DNA from: Lenisia limosa
Taxonomy: Eukaryota > Protista > Breviatea
NCBI GenBank assembly: GCA_001655205.1
Contig: LPNZ01010302.1
Coordinates: 1-53,423, forward strand
DNA: 53,423 nucleotides
Direction of reading: 5' to 3'
Below are positions 13,801-28,800 of the stretch, piece after piece. The notes beneath the pieces were generated by a model. It was not told the origin of the DNA, made no database searches, and saw only the letters and a program-made list of their open reading frames with translations. How positions within the stretch are numbered: position 1 is the first letter of the stretch; each line of letters opens with the position of its first letter. A program made the position numbers and the translations under genes.

Positions 13801-16800
13801 CGAAGTTGCCCATCTCTTCTTACTGCCTAGTTCCCATGCTCATCGAGTCTGCGTTTGTTTCCATTTCCGACTGTTCAATTGACACGGTCATCACCGGCGA
13901 GGGCAGCGTCATGCAGTTTGCTGAGTCGTCCAGCACCCTCCGCTGGTTCAGCTCCAACGCCACCATCACGTTCAATATTACTGTGAGATCTGTCATCTTC
14001 TGTTTTCATTTACGAGCTTTAATACCACATGTGCTGCTCATCAATGCGACATGTCCCATTGCTGCTCATCAATGCCACATGTCTCATTGCTGCTCATCGA
14101 TGATGCTTGTCTCCTTGACCAGCTTCAGGATTCCTTCAACTCCACCGGGGTGACAACCGTGGATCTTCTTATGTCGAGTCGCAGTCAAATGCTGTCAATG
14201 TACAACAGCAACCTATCCATCAACGTTTTCTCCTCTGTCAATGTCAACCAGGTGTGCTGGGCTACAATATACTGGGGGTTTAGATTCATCAAGGTTGTCC
14301 CTCTCTCCCCTGCTAGTAACAAATTATCACAGCATTTTATGACTGTGATGGTGGTTGTACCTTTACAATCTTCCCCATTATGCCGAAAACCGTTCGATAT
14401 TTTGCTAAGCCTCGCAGACCCTTCCCGACATTGCTGTTCTTGCGGAGTCCTTGCAGGTCACCTCGTTGTATCTGTCCACTCTTACTATTAACGCTGAAAA
14501 CATCAAGGTCAGAGAATGCTCAACTAGCTTTCACCAGAACACTTGCTTGCCGCTTCAATGGTCTGGATACTGACTTACCTTGACAGACGGACACAATTTC
14601 TGCTCTGCGCTATGCGGCCAGCTCGTTGTACCTGTCATCGTCGGAGGTGTCTTTGTCTTTCACCAACATCACTGCCGGTTTTGCCGGGTTCTCGGCCCTC
14701 GCCTCAGGAACTCAAAGTATTACAAATTCAGACGTCAAAATCGATGTGGGTTCGGCAAATAGGGTTTAAATGTTAGGTGACATATTGTTTCAATGTTAGG
14801 TGACATGTTGTTTTTTTAAAAAAACAACAAAAAAAAAAGAGGCTGTACCCCCCCCTCCCTCCTCCCTATAANNNNNNNNNNNNNNNNNNNNNNNNNNNNN
14901 NNNNNNNNNNNNNNNNNNNNNNNNNNNNNNNNNNNNNNNNNNNNNNNNNACCACGGCCATTTACGTCCACTCCTCGACTGTAAACCTTAAATTCCACGAC
15001 GTGGAGCTTGAAGGAACTAAGTAAGCCTTGGTATCCTCATAACCCTTGACTAAGCCTTGGTATCCTTATAAGCCTTGACTAAGCCTTGACTAAGCCTTGA
15101 CTAAGCCTTGACTAAGCCTTGACTAAGCCTTGGGCGTTGGGGGTAAAGGGTTTCGCGTATTATTCTCCCATAACTGCCTGGCATTGAATCACCTCATAGG
15201 GCCGGGAAGAGAACCAACGTTGCCGCTCTGGTCAGTGTGGCATATGGAAGTTTGGACATTGTCGAGTCGTACATCGACCTTATCGTTGAGAACCTGGGAA
15301 GGACGCCGGTGAGTGTGAGAGTTTCAGCAGCTGGACAAAGTAATGCGTCTTATTTATTCCTCACTCAGGCGACCTTGATTGTTGCCGCTCCCATTGCCGC
15401 TGAGATCGGGCACTACCGCTCCTCGGACAGATTCGTTATTGAGAACTCCCATGTACAGTCTTATCTCACTCACATCACTGTGTGAAGGGGAACCTGTATT
15501 TATCGAAGTGTTTAGAACTATTCCTTTTGTGAACTGAACTGAACTGACTTCGTAGTCTGTCGGCGGGGTCGTGTCTGTCGTTCGTGGTCTCAATTCAATG
15601 ACTATCACTGACTCATCTGTTGCCGTCTACCTCAACACAGACTATTAGTATGTGGGGGGTGGGGTATCGGTATCGGCTTCAACTGAACTGTTGTTATTTG
15701 AGCGTTTTGCACCCGTTAACACAGTAGTGATGGTCCTCACTCGGGCATTGTTGGAGGCGTCTTTGGCATCTTCACAGCCAGCAACCTGCAACACCCTCTG
15801 CGTCTGCATAGAGTTGCCATTGTAGTAAGTGGAGCGTTAGTGCCATTGTTGTTGTGGAGCATTCTGGCTATCTTTGTGACTGTGTTTTTGTATTTTTGAC
15901 AGCTCCAGGTTTACGGATTCCAAAACGGACATGACAGCCGCTCGGTGGGCGCGCTTGTTGGGTATGGGGGGTATGCTTGAAACGTTTTTGCTCAACCCAC
16001 AGTCCACCGTGTAATGAAAAATATTATCATATTCACTGCTTATCCCGTAGACGTGTCTCCAAACTCGGTCCTTACCTGGAGGACCTGTTCTTCCTCAAGG
16101 AGGTGATCAGTTACCTTGAGCGCAGCGGAGTGATTTTAGCCAAACCCATTCCCTATGGAGCTGTCAGCAAGGGCCTCTCCCCGCAGGTGGGCTGCTTGAA
16201 GGAGCTGTCTTAGTCGTCAGTTTCACTGAAGCGGAAGTAGAAAGCTCCCATCATCTTTTGACATGTTCAGGTCACGGGTATCCTTTCTGCGGACTCGTTC
16301 CAGAAAACGTCTAAGGGTATGCGGGTCATGCATTTGAACTTTCCTTCTGCACTTGGTGAATTTTGAGAGAGATGTCCTGGTATACCTAGGTTTACGCTGT
16401 AGGTATCAGCCTGCAGCGGTTTGCCTACAACCCCGACACCGTCAATAGAGACATGATCGACGGCAAGTACCCCTTCCTTTGTGGGCTGGAGTGTCGTAGC
16501 AATAAGTCTATGATTTTTGGACAGCAATTTTGAGAGTTTGGGTCCTATTGACGATTGCAGCAAGCACCTGGATGACATCCTTCTGTCTCCCTGCTCACCA
16601 ACCCGCTGTAAGCTCAATGGCAATATCCCATTAAGATACGTTCTTGGTACCAAGCCAAAATCCCATCAGTAGCACTCCTGACACTCTCAGACACTCTACG
16701 GCGGCGACAACCCCTTCAACATTCCCTATGCCAAGGTACCCCGCGCAATGGAACAGTTGTGTCCGTTCGACGAGTCCATTGTCAGAACTGGCCATGCGTG

Positions 16801-19800
16801 TGATGCGGTGAGTGAAGCACAATAATGGCATATTAGGATCATTTATTTGTCACTCTTCAGGCCCCCACAGAACCTGCTAAAGGACGAATGGTGTTCCCAG
16901 TCTCTGAGACATGGCCTGCAACCTCCTCCGATTATGGCATTCTTCTGTGCGACGCCGGCACCACACCCTCGCACCAGACTGTCCGATGCAGGTACTAGGG
17001 CTTCTTGAAATGGGAGCTGGAGAGATAACTCAAATGAAACCTTCCATGCTCCAGTTATTACGATTTAGTGACTTTGACGGATCGTGGCCTGAGATCGAGT
17101 GCATCGGTGAGTGGTTTGGAAATGCTCATTATCGCAATTATGTCACTATTGGATTCTTCATGAATACAAACGGATATGTCACTCACTCACACATTCACGT
17201 CGCAGACCCTCCTATCGCTTGTGACCGCATTACTTTCGACCAAAACCTGCGTTGTCCGTCCCAATCGGTATGATACCATTGCCAGTACAGATTGCCAACA
17301 ATGTTCTTTGAAGGCCCTCATGACCTTCCAGCCTGATTCGAGCGATGTCTGTACGCAGTATTGTCACCTCGGCCGCCTGGAGCTCCAGATTTCCTGCAGT
17401 GCTGCTGACGGCTCTTGGGACCTCACGTGCCCGAGTCTCTACACCGGTAGGCTTGTTGTTCCTTCTTTTCTGCTGCAAGGTATCACATTGGTCGTACTTA
17501 CGCCTTCAGAATGTAACGGCTTACCGCCGCCGGCCCCTGAAAACGCCACCTGGGTGTGCTCGGAGTACCCACCAATCACATCATCATCTTGCTTCCTGCA
17601 GTGTCCCGAGGGCCAAGGTCCCTCCCGCGCCGCAATGATGTGTACAGATGTTGGTCTCACGTTCCCCCAAGATCCGGTCACGTGCTCAGGTGGGTCGTCT
17701 AATAAAGAATTGCCAATATTCATGGCGATATTAATAATTCCGGGTTTTCCTTTGCCAAAACCCTTTCTTTTGACTGATTTACGATATTAGTTGTTTCCTG
17801 CCCGATCCCTCATCCTGATCTTATCCGTGGCACCTTGGACTGCCCGTCAAACTACACCATGGGCGTGGGTCGGGGGTCTGCTGATCAAAATGGTTCTAAT
17901 TAACTTTCTCTCTTCACTAATCAAAATGGTTCTAATTAGTTTTCTCTCTTCACTGATCAAAATGGTTCAATTAGCTTTCTCTCCTTCACTTCCTGTAGCC
18001 TGGGGAGACATGTACCTACACGTGTCCCGACGGCTACAGCAGCGACACGCCGACACCCGTCTGCGGCGCCGTCACCAAGTACCTCGAGTTTAGAGAATGC
18101 GACAGTGCGAGGGCTGTCACGTGCTATCAATGGCTACTACTTCTTGTTCATTACCGTTGACAGCAATCTCATTTACCCCGTGTAGAGGTTTGTGAAGCCA
18201 TCCCAGCTGAGAATGCAAACCGCCGCATTGTTTGCCCAACAGACACTCCGAACAGATACACCAGATGCTCTGTTGAGTGCATTGTAAGCTTCACCCATTT
18301 CTCATATGAGTGCATTTTAAGCTTCACCCTTTTCTCATTTTTGAGTTCAAATTAATCTCCCTTCTATTTCACTGAAGCGCACACACAGGCCTAATTTTCC
18401 AGGAAGCCGGGAAGGTCTTCTTTGGTCCCGTAGGCTGTCTCGAGGACTACACGTGGCCAGACCTGACGTGTGTCACACCAGGTGGGCGGCTTGCTTTGTG
18501 TCATCCTTAATCCTGAATTGGCATGAGTTTGATAGAAGTTAATGCACTTCTCATACCCAAGAAGCAATTCTGGAAGATATTTGGCTTGTTGAACTTTTAT
18601 GAGCGTATTTATGTCTTCATTTTGTAGGTGTTTTTGAAAACAGTTACGCCTACCTTGACCATTCGGGAAATAAAGTACACGGCCTTTTGGGAATCCAAAA
18701 CCTCACAATCACACCGGTATGCAGCTTTCTGTCATAGGGCTACTACAATATTAATGTGGTGTGTGTATGTGGGTGCTTGGTCATATGCAAATTGATATTT
18801 ATAACTTGTTGTACCTTAATGGAAGCTTTTACTCCTCACAGGATGTCTGTCCAAACGGCAACTTTGTGCCCTACGGAACTGTCGTTCAGCTCAGCAACGA
18901 GGGACCGATTGGCCAAGCTGTTTGCCCTAGTGAGCTAGGGGGGGAAGCCGATGGTCAAATATGCAGGTGGAAAATAGCCTGAATTGTGGAGCTTGTTAAT
19001 TGCTGTGATGATGGAGTTGTATGATGTTTGAGGAATACTGTGCAATTTATAGTGCTCGCTTCTCTTCGATCCTTTTACAATTGCCCTCTTTGCACTGTTA
19101 ATAATCTCAGACTTTTCTGTTCAAATGTCGAGCCAGTTTAGCCCCCAAACGGACAACAGCCCTTATCGAAGCAACCAGGTTCAGCACCATCAAGGCGATC
19201 CTGATGAGTACTTTGTTGCTGGCCGCTGCAACCCTGGATTTGCCGACACGCATGCAAAGTGGGCCCCGGGACGATACCTCAATCTCAATGTGTATCAAGA
19301 ACGAGATGGGGGGGGGGGCAAGGGAAGGATAACCAGCATGAAGCCCTTGTTCTCCTTGTATAGAGCACAAAATTGGATTTCTTCAAAAACATCATTACAG
19401 GAATGGTTTCCTAGACCTACCTCATTTGTTCAGCTTTGTTACCTCATTTGTTCGGCTTTTTCACCTCATTTGTTCAGCTTCTTAAACCTGTTACCTAATT
19501 TGTTCAGCTATGTTGCTGCGGTTGATGGAGGCTACAGGGTGACATTCACTGATGAGAAGGCCATGAGATGTGTAGGTATGATGCGGACCTAAACTCAAGA
19601 TCTGCTGCGAAGACTATCATCATTGCAGCCTCTTTTCCGCCTTACTCTTTAGCGAGTCGCATTGTCGAGTGTCAAACCGCCCCCGCATTCTTGAAACCTA
19701 CTGACCTTAATTGTGATAGTGAAGTGTATGTGGGGATAGGTTTTCCTCTCTCTCTCTCTCTCTCTCTCTTTTTGAAGCTTGAGCTTTGGCAGCCCTCTAT

Positions 19801-22800
19801 GATTGAATTGGTAAATTTAACAGTTTAATGTACCTAGTTTCTCATTTCCATCCATCCATTTTGATTATGTTGTAGATTTCACTCGGGCTCCACGTGTTAC
19901 TCCACCTGGGGAGATAACTACCAAACAGGGTACGAGGCTTCTCATCACAAACTTAATCCAGGCTTCTTTTAATTCCTTAGTATCGTAATGTGAAGGTCCC
20001 TTGATTTTTGTTGGGGAGTCTTTGGATGAGAATTTATTGATATTACATCAAATCCCTTAATACATTCTAACTACAAGATTTATGAAGATTGTTTTTCTTT
20101 CTTTCTGTAGCACATTATACATGTATATCATATAGTATATGATATAATATTAGACTTCATTCTCTGTACAATTGCCAACGTTTCAGATCCTACACATGTG
20201 ATAGCAATGGCATTTGGCCAGACAAGCCACCCTTCGTCAGCTACATGTCGTTTGGCACGTGGGCCAACTTCCAACCGTTTAAGGGTAGGCAGCCTCCTTG
20301 GATTAAGAAAACGGTAAAATGCGATACTCTATAACAGAAAGTATTTCATTCCTCTCTTCTTAACCGGTAGGTGTGTGCTCCAATCGAATGGGAGATTTCT
20401 CCTCTACGGGTGTAAGCGGAACCAGGGTCAGTTATCACGTTCCGAGCAGCGAAGGCTGCTCCTACCTCTCCAACTTCGACGCACCAGGCTACATCCCCCT
20501 GCAGAGAGGTGAGCCTTATATTGATGCAGAAAGGTGAGGGATTTTAACACACGCTTGAATGTGTACAATTGGAGATAAGCTCCATAGGCTTGATGTGGGA
20601 CAGATTTGGCTATTTATTGACCTTGTTCTGCAAGGGGGGGGGGGGGCNNNNNNNNNNNNNNNNNNNNNNNNNNNNNNNNNNNNNNNNNNNNNNNNNNNNN
20701 NNNNNNNNNNNNNNNNNNNNNNNNNNNNNNAGCCCTTGCCTGACGAATACTTGGAGGTTGGAATCTCATCCTTAGGGCGCACCCTTCAAAAACCGAATAT
20801 TTATCATATTGACTTTGAGATATTGTCTCCTAGTGTTTGTAGCTGATTGGTGTAGGTTGCTTATCACTATGGTTCCACTACTTACGACACCAACACCTTC
20901 GATGTGCTCACTATTCTCCCTTGTCCGCAATTAAATGCCAACATTTCTGTATGGCAGGATATGTTCATTGTTGTTAAACTCGAGTCAGCACATGGCACAA
21001 GACGGCTTGTACTCTGGCTGGTGTTGATTTGAACAGTGTCAATTGGGGGTAGTTGACTTTTTTTTATCGCACTTCGCCTCCAAAACATGATGGCATCTCA
21101 TCTCTTTCTATACCTATCATTGTTTTAGATCTCATGCCTTGGCGATGGATCGTGGCTTCCTCTGTCCACATACGACATTGTGTACGAATGCCCCGAGGTC
21201 TGTGCTGACAAATCTCTAAACGCTTATCCGCCCACGACTGGAGTTCAACTCTGATGACCTATGTAGACATGGACTGAAATCACGACATGCGCCGAATTGG
21301 TTGCGGCTGCAAGGACTGATGCGCAGTACCTCTCTCTCAACATCACTGCAGACTTGGATTGCTCTAACGCTCTTTACGTCATTGACGTTGCCTCTGTTGG
21401 GGGCTGTGGCCATTGGGGTTGACAGTTGAACAATGTCATCTAATTACCTCAGACCACCTACGAGCGCTGGGTCAACGTGTTCGGTAACAACCACACCATT
21501 ACAGGCTTGGACGTGCAGGCTACCATGTTCGGCAAGGTTCAGTACTTCAGATTGGAGAGTATCCATTTTGCCGACTACGCTGGTATTGGGGATTCATATT
21601 GCTCATGTTTGAAGTTCATATGAATTTGTTGTTCACCCCCCTCAGCCTCAGCCTCGTTGACCGATTCGTGTTGCCAACATTCCACCGTAGGCATAGAGGA
21701 CCAGGAATCCTAATACTTTACTCCTTACTACTTTGCTTGGACTAGTACGTTATCTACCATCCCGCCACTCCCGTCTGCTAACAAAACAGTATAAGACCAT
21801 CGGTTTCGTGAAAGACGTCACTGTGACCCGCCCTTACCTCACCATTACCTCGAGCTACCTTGGATTTTTAACATACGGACTGTATGAAGTCCATGCCGAC
21901 AATGTTCAAATGCTCGATGCGCAAAACTCTGACCATGTTGGTGGAGCAATGTAATAGTATTATTATAATTATTGTGGTCACAAATATAATTGTAATATCA
22001 TATACTAATACAATACATCACATATAATACTCCATTGATATTAAATACATGTATCATATTATACAGCGTGAGTATATTCATTTTGGGTACCCTTTCCCTT
22101 CATAGTTACGCGTCTCTAGATGATGGCGTTGTGTACGTCCGGATACCTTTATGTATCCAACTCCAAGTTTACTGTAGGCATGGCGCTGGTGATATCAGCA
22201 TAGCTGCTAGTATAACCAATTGACCGTCTTGTCTGTTTGTTGAGTGTTTTAGGGCCACTTCACAAGCGGCGGATTGTTCCAATCTTCAAAGGTCACCTAC
22301 CTCTCTAAGTTGGCTTGGTGTTTAACTGGATATGTTTATGTTCTTTTTGCTCCAATGCCTCACGATTTAGTGTCACAATTGATGTTTCGATGGAGGACAC
22401 ATACACCTGTAAAGTTTTTGTTTCCAGTGGCGAATCAATGGAGTTATACGATGTACGCCTTGAGTGTAGTTTTTTTGAGGGTCAGTTTCGTCCAATTAGC
22501 AACTCATTGTAATGCCATGGCTCTCATCTAATTTAGACCACGGTCCAAGTTGAGTTCACGGCCTGCAAGGTTTGGGTTTGATGTGATTGTTGCATGTGTT
22601 ATGTTGAATGGGGTTTACAGTGGGTCTTATTTAAAATATGACACACTACCACTTGCACTATCTTCAAACAAAAAGGTGACCATTTTCAGTACAAGTATCT
22701 CTCAGAACAGACCTCTCTTGTCCTCTCAAATTCCAATTTCACGGTAAGAGGAGTCTTTCTTCTTGGAAGCTTATGTACTGGGGAGGTGCATACATGTGAT

Positions 22801-25800
22801 GTACAGTATATTCGTTCAACACATGAAAACAAGAGCCTCACTTTCAGATGATTGACTCGAGTACTACGAACGTGGCTAACATGCGCTATGCGTTCATGTC
22901 AAGCGCGTACCTCTTGACGATTAAAAAGAACTCTTATGTAGGCCGCAGGTCCCTTTAAGATAGTTGAAACGCTGCCATCATGCTTGCTATCTATATTAAC
23001 ATGTTCCATGAGCAAAATTTATTGTTATTTTGATTTTCCCATGCTCACATTCACCTCCCAGATCTACCATCGCCACACCATCACAGCCCAACGTACGACC
23101 AACTTTGGAGGTGTCACCGCTGGAAGGGCGTATCAAGGTTTGTCTGAGTGTATTAAAAAGAGCCATACTTATACGCCATGGTCTGACGGTTTAGTCTCTG
23201 TTGCTGAGGGTCAACGTCTCTATGTCGACTTTGACATTCAGTACCCTATCCTCGTAAGTGTGGTGTATTTTTGCGAATAAGATTGTTTTTTTTAGTTTCT
23301 TCCCCACTGATGATGCTCTTGAACCTGACCGACTCAGGGCTATTTTGGAGCCTTCACTGGCGACTGTATTTCCAGTGGCAGCTTCAATGTTGGGAGGAGG
23401 GGCCAGCCAATTTGTGGACAATCCTTTGTCTGATTCGTTATTCGTTCAATTGTAACACAACTGTTGCTCTTAACATATTCTAGGTCAGTGGTGTGACGCT
23501 TACAGGCGTCGTTGTCAATACGGTAAGTGATGGCCTCCTGTGCTCTCTTTCCTCTGTGTTCCATTGTTTTGACAGCCTTATTTGATTCTGAGTCTCTAAC
23601 GCCTTAGGCTGATGTCCGCGGCACGACCGTAAACTCCGACAAGTACTTGCCCTATTGGGGTGCTGGGCTTGTTGCCAACTATGAGAACACAGGCCCCATC
23701 ATTTTCAACGACATCGTTTTGGAAGTGGACATCACCTACAAATATGGCAGCTTGTAAGAGAGGCACAAATATGGACTGTTTTGGTAGATACAATTATTTC
23801 AGCGTTTTGGTTTGCAATATTGTTAGCTTCTTGTTCCTGAGTAGCTCTACAACGGCTTTTGTTTTTGATTTTGCTTTTTGTGTTGGAATAACAAATTGCA
23901 AAGACTATTGACCGCTCAGCGTGTGGCTTCTTGGAGGGCTGACCAGCGCCGGCCTCACTGTCGACATTTCCGACATCAATATCCAAGGCCAACTCACCAC
24001 CACTGTGTCTACTAGTTACTACACAATCTTGATGACCGGAACCGTGGGCTTTGGAGGTTCTTCGAATCAATTCAATACATATTGCCGATCTCTTCCATAT
24101 TGCCTATTCATATATCAGACACCAATGCACTCGACCAGCAGCTACAGATTCCATAACATCCATTTGGAACACGCCTACAACTATAACAGCGAACTGTACT
24201 CAACCGGCTTCTTCGGCTTCTTCACCCAGGTAGTCCCCTTGCCCGACAATGAGGCGACAATCATCTTTTTTACCTCTGCAGCCTGACGCTGCTGATTTGG
24301 GACCCTACCCTGCTATCCGCTACAAGTCAACTTGCAACGACTGTACAGCCAACACCAGTGCCGACAAGCGAGTATACCTCGGTCTTGAACAGTACGCTGC
24401 GCTGGCAAGAAATATGGGCTACTGTACTGTTTTACAACTGGGGAGTAGTGATAAAAAGTACATACAAAGCCCTCCTCTGTACAGTCACACCATGTGTGTA
24501 GTAGCCGTGTATAGTAGCCAGCAGTATGAGCAGTTCAACCGACATTATTTCCATTGAATCAAAAGAGTTAACTATTTAGTCATACAACGAACTTCCTTTC
24601 GCCGCACAAAATTCAGTTCATTGGTGACATGCAGAACACATGCAACGAGCACTTAATGGATTATCGAATCAGAGATTTTGCTGACAATGTGTTCACATCC
24701 CGTCAGGTTTGTAAACTCCCTCCCTCCCCTATTATTTGAAAATTATCTACCTTCCGCTTGTTGTCCTCTAGCATCCCCTCACTACCTCAGAGGAACTACC
24801 ATGACCCGAGCGCTGTGGCTGTCAACCCCTACGATGTTGGTCTCTCCAAGGTTATTGAAGTATGTCGGTGGTCTACTTTGCGAAGACATGGCTTCAGACA
24901 TTCTGACTCGTTAGGTGGCCACTTGCGACGAATTCCGTCTTGGATTCACCGGATGGTTCGCTGAACGAGTCATGGTCGTCACTGCCGACCTCGATTGCTC
25001 CGCCGTCACCTTCACCGCGTCAGAAACTATGGTTGGCCAAGATATTATAATATTGCATAATATACTAAATCATATTAAAGCTTTCATGGACTCCTATAAT
25101 GAGTAGCCGCCATTAATGTGCTTGACAGCCGCATCATTTACTTTTAGCCCAAGGATAGCCTCATCATTTACGGAAACGGCCACACTGTCTCCGATATGAC
25201 ACTCACTGTATTGGGGGGAAAGATGTGTGGTGATATGTTTGAGATATTTAGTATAGAATCAGACTGTTCTCTCGAAGCTGTCATAGTACGTGTTATTTAT
25301 TACAAATGAGTAAAACGTTATTCTCACATCATTTGATCAACTCGACCTACCATTTAGCTCCCTCTCCAAGCCCTCATCTCAGACCACTCAACGTTCTACA
25401 TCTTTGACCTCAACTTCCTCCGATTAAAACGTGAGTATGGCCACTAGGCTTAACCCTTTATGTCGAGCTGCGAGTCACATCCTAGGTACCCTCAGTTCCG
25501 GCGCAGCGTCACCCGCCATCTTCACGTCCGCTCTGTCCAAATCGGTACGTTGAGACTTGATAAGAAAATCTATGATGATATATCCTCTGGGGTGACTTAG
25601 ACATGACCATCTGCACCATCCTTCTTGCTGACCATCAGCACCATCCCTCTTGCTAACATCCCAGACCCTTCTTCTTCAGAACGTTGATTTCACGGACATG
25701 TCAATTACTGGCGACTCCGGCTCCTCTGTGGGTGGCTTTTTTTTTATGTCGCCAGCTGTGAAATACTTTTTGGAATTGGAAACTCTTTCTAGCGGTATTC

Positions 25801-28800
25801 TGACACTGCTAGACCAAATTCGGCTTCTTTGGGCAGAAAATTGACGGCTATGTGGAACTCACTAATGTCAACATCGACACCACTTTCGACTCAACCACGG
25901 TATGTAAGGGGTTAACAGAACGATTCTCAAGCCCATCTGTTTTTTAGTAACTGCGAGAAACCTCTTCCTTCTCTGCGCTCACCCTGATAGATGGACTTCT
26001 CCCTCTTTGGAACCGGTAACCTTTATGACGTGACCTCGCACAACCTCACCAACGTCAACGTCACGGGAACCTTTACCGTCGGCACTTCGTTTGCCGGCCT
26101 TTTCCACGAGCAGAGCAGCCCACGTGCCATCTTCATTGACGGCTTTAATATGGATGTGTGTCAGGGTGGATAGCTTTTTGTTCCGTCTGTGTTTTTTTAG
26201 TAGTTTTCGCGTTTTTGAAATCGAGCCAACCTCTCAGGTGTCTGTGGTGGTCGCTGACAACACGGGTGCTTGCGGAGTTTACGGCCTGATTGCTGCGAGT
26301 AGCGATACGACTCAATACTCATTTATTGAGGTACAAGGGTTGCGCTGTCGTTTGTATTGTAATATAAACTATTATAGCTCAGTATTTGTGGGGATAATAT
26401 CATGATACTTTTGGTGAATGAGGAACCTTGTGCATATCCCTCCTTGCGCCTGAAACAGCACCATTTCGCTCACTCCCTGCAGATGACAAACAGTAACATT
26501 AGGATCCAAACGGACGCTTCTGTCCTACCTTGTGAGACAGCCGGTCTTGGCGGGTCCTATCCCGGCAGTGTGGTGTGTAGGGCTGATGGGTCTCATGTAG
26601 GGTAATATCTCAAGGATGTCCAGTGACACACTTGTTGACATTCTTAACTGTTTAGACTCTGACAAATGTCGGTGTAAACCTTGATCACTCCACCAACGCT
26701 GCAAGCTTTGCTGGCCTCTTTATTTCCCCAGGCTCTCTGCCTCTCAAGGTACGTCTTCTTCTTTTTCTTCTTCTTCTTCTTGTTTTTGTTCTTCTTCTTG
26801 TTCTAACAATCAGATCTCCGACTCTACGTTCAATATCCACGCTTCTCTCGGTGTTGACACAGTTAGTCTCTCTTATTCTCTATGGCTTTTCCATTAAACA
26901 AAGTTTTTTTGTGCGAATTCAACGGTGTAGCTCCTTGCGGGTGGTTTGGTGGCCACGCTCAACGAGCCGATGGGAGCCTCTCTCCAGGACTTCTCCTACG
27001 TCGTCAACTCCAATGTTGATATTCAGCTCACCACTCTCGCAGTTGGCGTTTACAATGAAGCATTGATATAAATGGCATGGCGGTAATAAACATTGATATA
27101 AATGGCATGGCGATAATACTTCCCTGTGTTGTATATCGTTTAACGCAATGCAGCCTGTCGCGAAGATTGGAGGCCTCTTTGGCCAGTTAGTGATGGCCGT
27201 TAGTGCCGATGATGAAAGTAACTCCGGGCCGTACGTCAGGTAGGCTGCCGGATGAACTGAACTTCCAGTTGTTTATATTTTCTTTGAGTCATGCCAACCT
27301 GGATGATAGTTGGTGTCTCAGTGTTAATTCTCAAAATTTATTTTTTCAGAAACATCAATGGTGTTATTTTTGTTGAAGGAGCCTCGGATCAGGTATGATT
27401 TCAGGATTCATAAGCCGCTCCACTCCCTCGATCCATTCGATAATCTGACACGGAACATTTCTGTGACCCCTTAGATTGCCGGATTCATTGCGGAGTGTTC
27501 AGGCAACACGCGGTTCACTTTCGGTGTTCTCGACTCTACCCTCAACTTAACCGTTTCCACTACAGCGGCTGATCACTCAAAGAGTGCTCTAATGATTGGG
27601 TAAAAGGGGCGCTTCTTGCGAGTAAATGAATGGAATTTTCCCCGTCGCACTCAGAAATCCCCTCACTCACTCCAGGTCTTCGCCCACCTCAACCAACGCC
27701 TTGTTTGGTCTCAGCAGAACCCGCATGCATCTTACATCTACCACCAATGGTGGGAGCAAGAGGAAATAAAATCTCAAGTAGTTTCAATGTTGCATATCAA
27801 TATTGTTTATTAATAGTATATCATAAATTGAGGCGTACGTACGTATCATACTATCTGTTATAATATTATAATATAACATATCATAAGAATAATTTGAGTG
27901 CAATAGCCGGTCCCGAACTCACCTTGAAGGGCTGAACCCATTTGCTGCCACGCCCAGTATGACCGTCTTTGGTGAACTGATGAAAAGCGACAGTGGCATC
28001 AACACAACTTTGGCTATTAATCCCTTCTTCAACACCTACTCTTATGACCATGAGTTCTCAGTAAGCCATCTTGAACCTGTATCTTTTCCTTTCTGTTTGA
28101 TAAAGTGTTTTGCTGATGCCATTTTCTGCCTTCAACGAGCCTTGTATTTCACCTTTCCCCCAGGAACTTGTAGACGATGAACCCGTCGGCACTTCAGCGC
28201 AGAAGGACATTGCACAGACGTCCTCCACCAAGAGGTTCTTTGCCTCGGAAAGTGACAAGCGCTCAGGCGATTTCTTGCTTTTCGATGTGAGCATCATTTG
28301 ACTATTGAAAATAAACCTGAGGTCGATTTTCAACTGATCAAACGAAATGGGTCTTTGCTTTAAAATTGTTTCTGAACATCTGAAGCATCTTGTTATCTTG
28401 TTAGAACACCGCTTACGGCACTTTTGCCATTCCTGGAACCACTGCCAGCCCTATGCCTCCTGTGATTGAAACTTACGCACAGAAGGTGTTTAAAGAATGT
28501 ATGTTAGGTTCATGATCGTATTAGAGGTCTGAACTTGGTGTAATTTTCCTTACAACATCTGACTTAGCGGCTCTTCCTTACAACATTTAGACTTAGCAAC
28601 CCTTCCTTACAAGGTCGACTTGCATTCCACCATTGCCTACAATGGAGTCTTCAACAAATTGGCTCTGGAAAATATTGGGCTTTTGAGAAATGTGAGTGTA
28701 ATTTAACTGTATGTTCACTTCAGGCTTATAAATTACCCAATATCCTCAATTTGCCCTCGATCAGTATTGACATTCCTCACCCCTCAGAAAAACCAGCAAG

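Larger units (their letters stand above)
2260..16300 (+). other. First block of GLUG-like beta-helix modules (N-terminal partial plus three modules)
   Basis: Module heads SSNIDC..GNGFTV (5856/5983), ADIDC..NGNGHEISNV (9169/9323) and GDLDC..GNGFSI (13403/13580). These are followed by rungs such as VAGVVG, FGGLIG, GFIGGLV, IVGGVFG, VGALVG. Confidence 0.65.

Noticed and set aside
15069-15132. Tandem repeats as a CRISPR array or telomeric tract
   Set aside because: No unique spacers, eukaryotic intron context, and the unit derives from the adjacent splice donor.
19746-19768. (CT)n microsatellite
   Set aside because: Ordinary intronic simple repeat.
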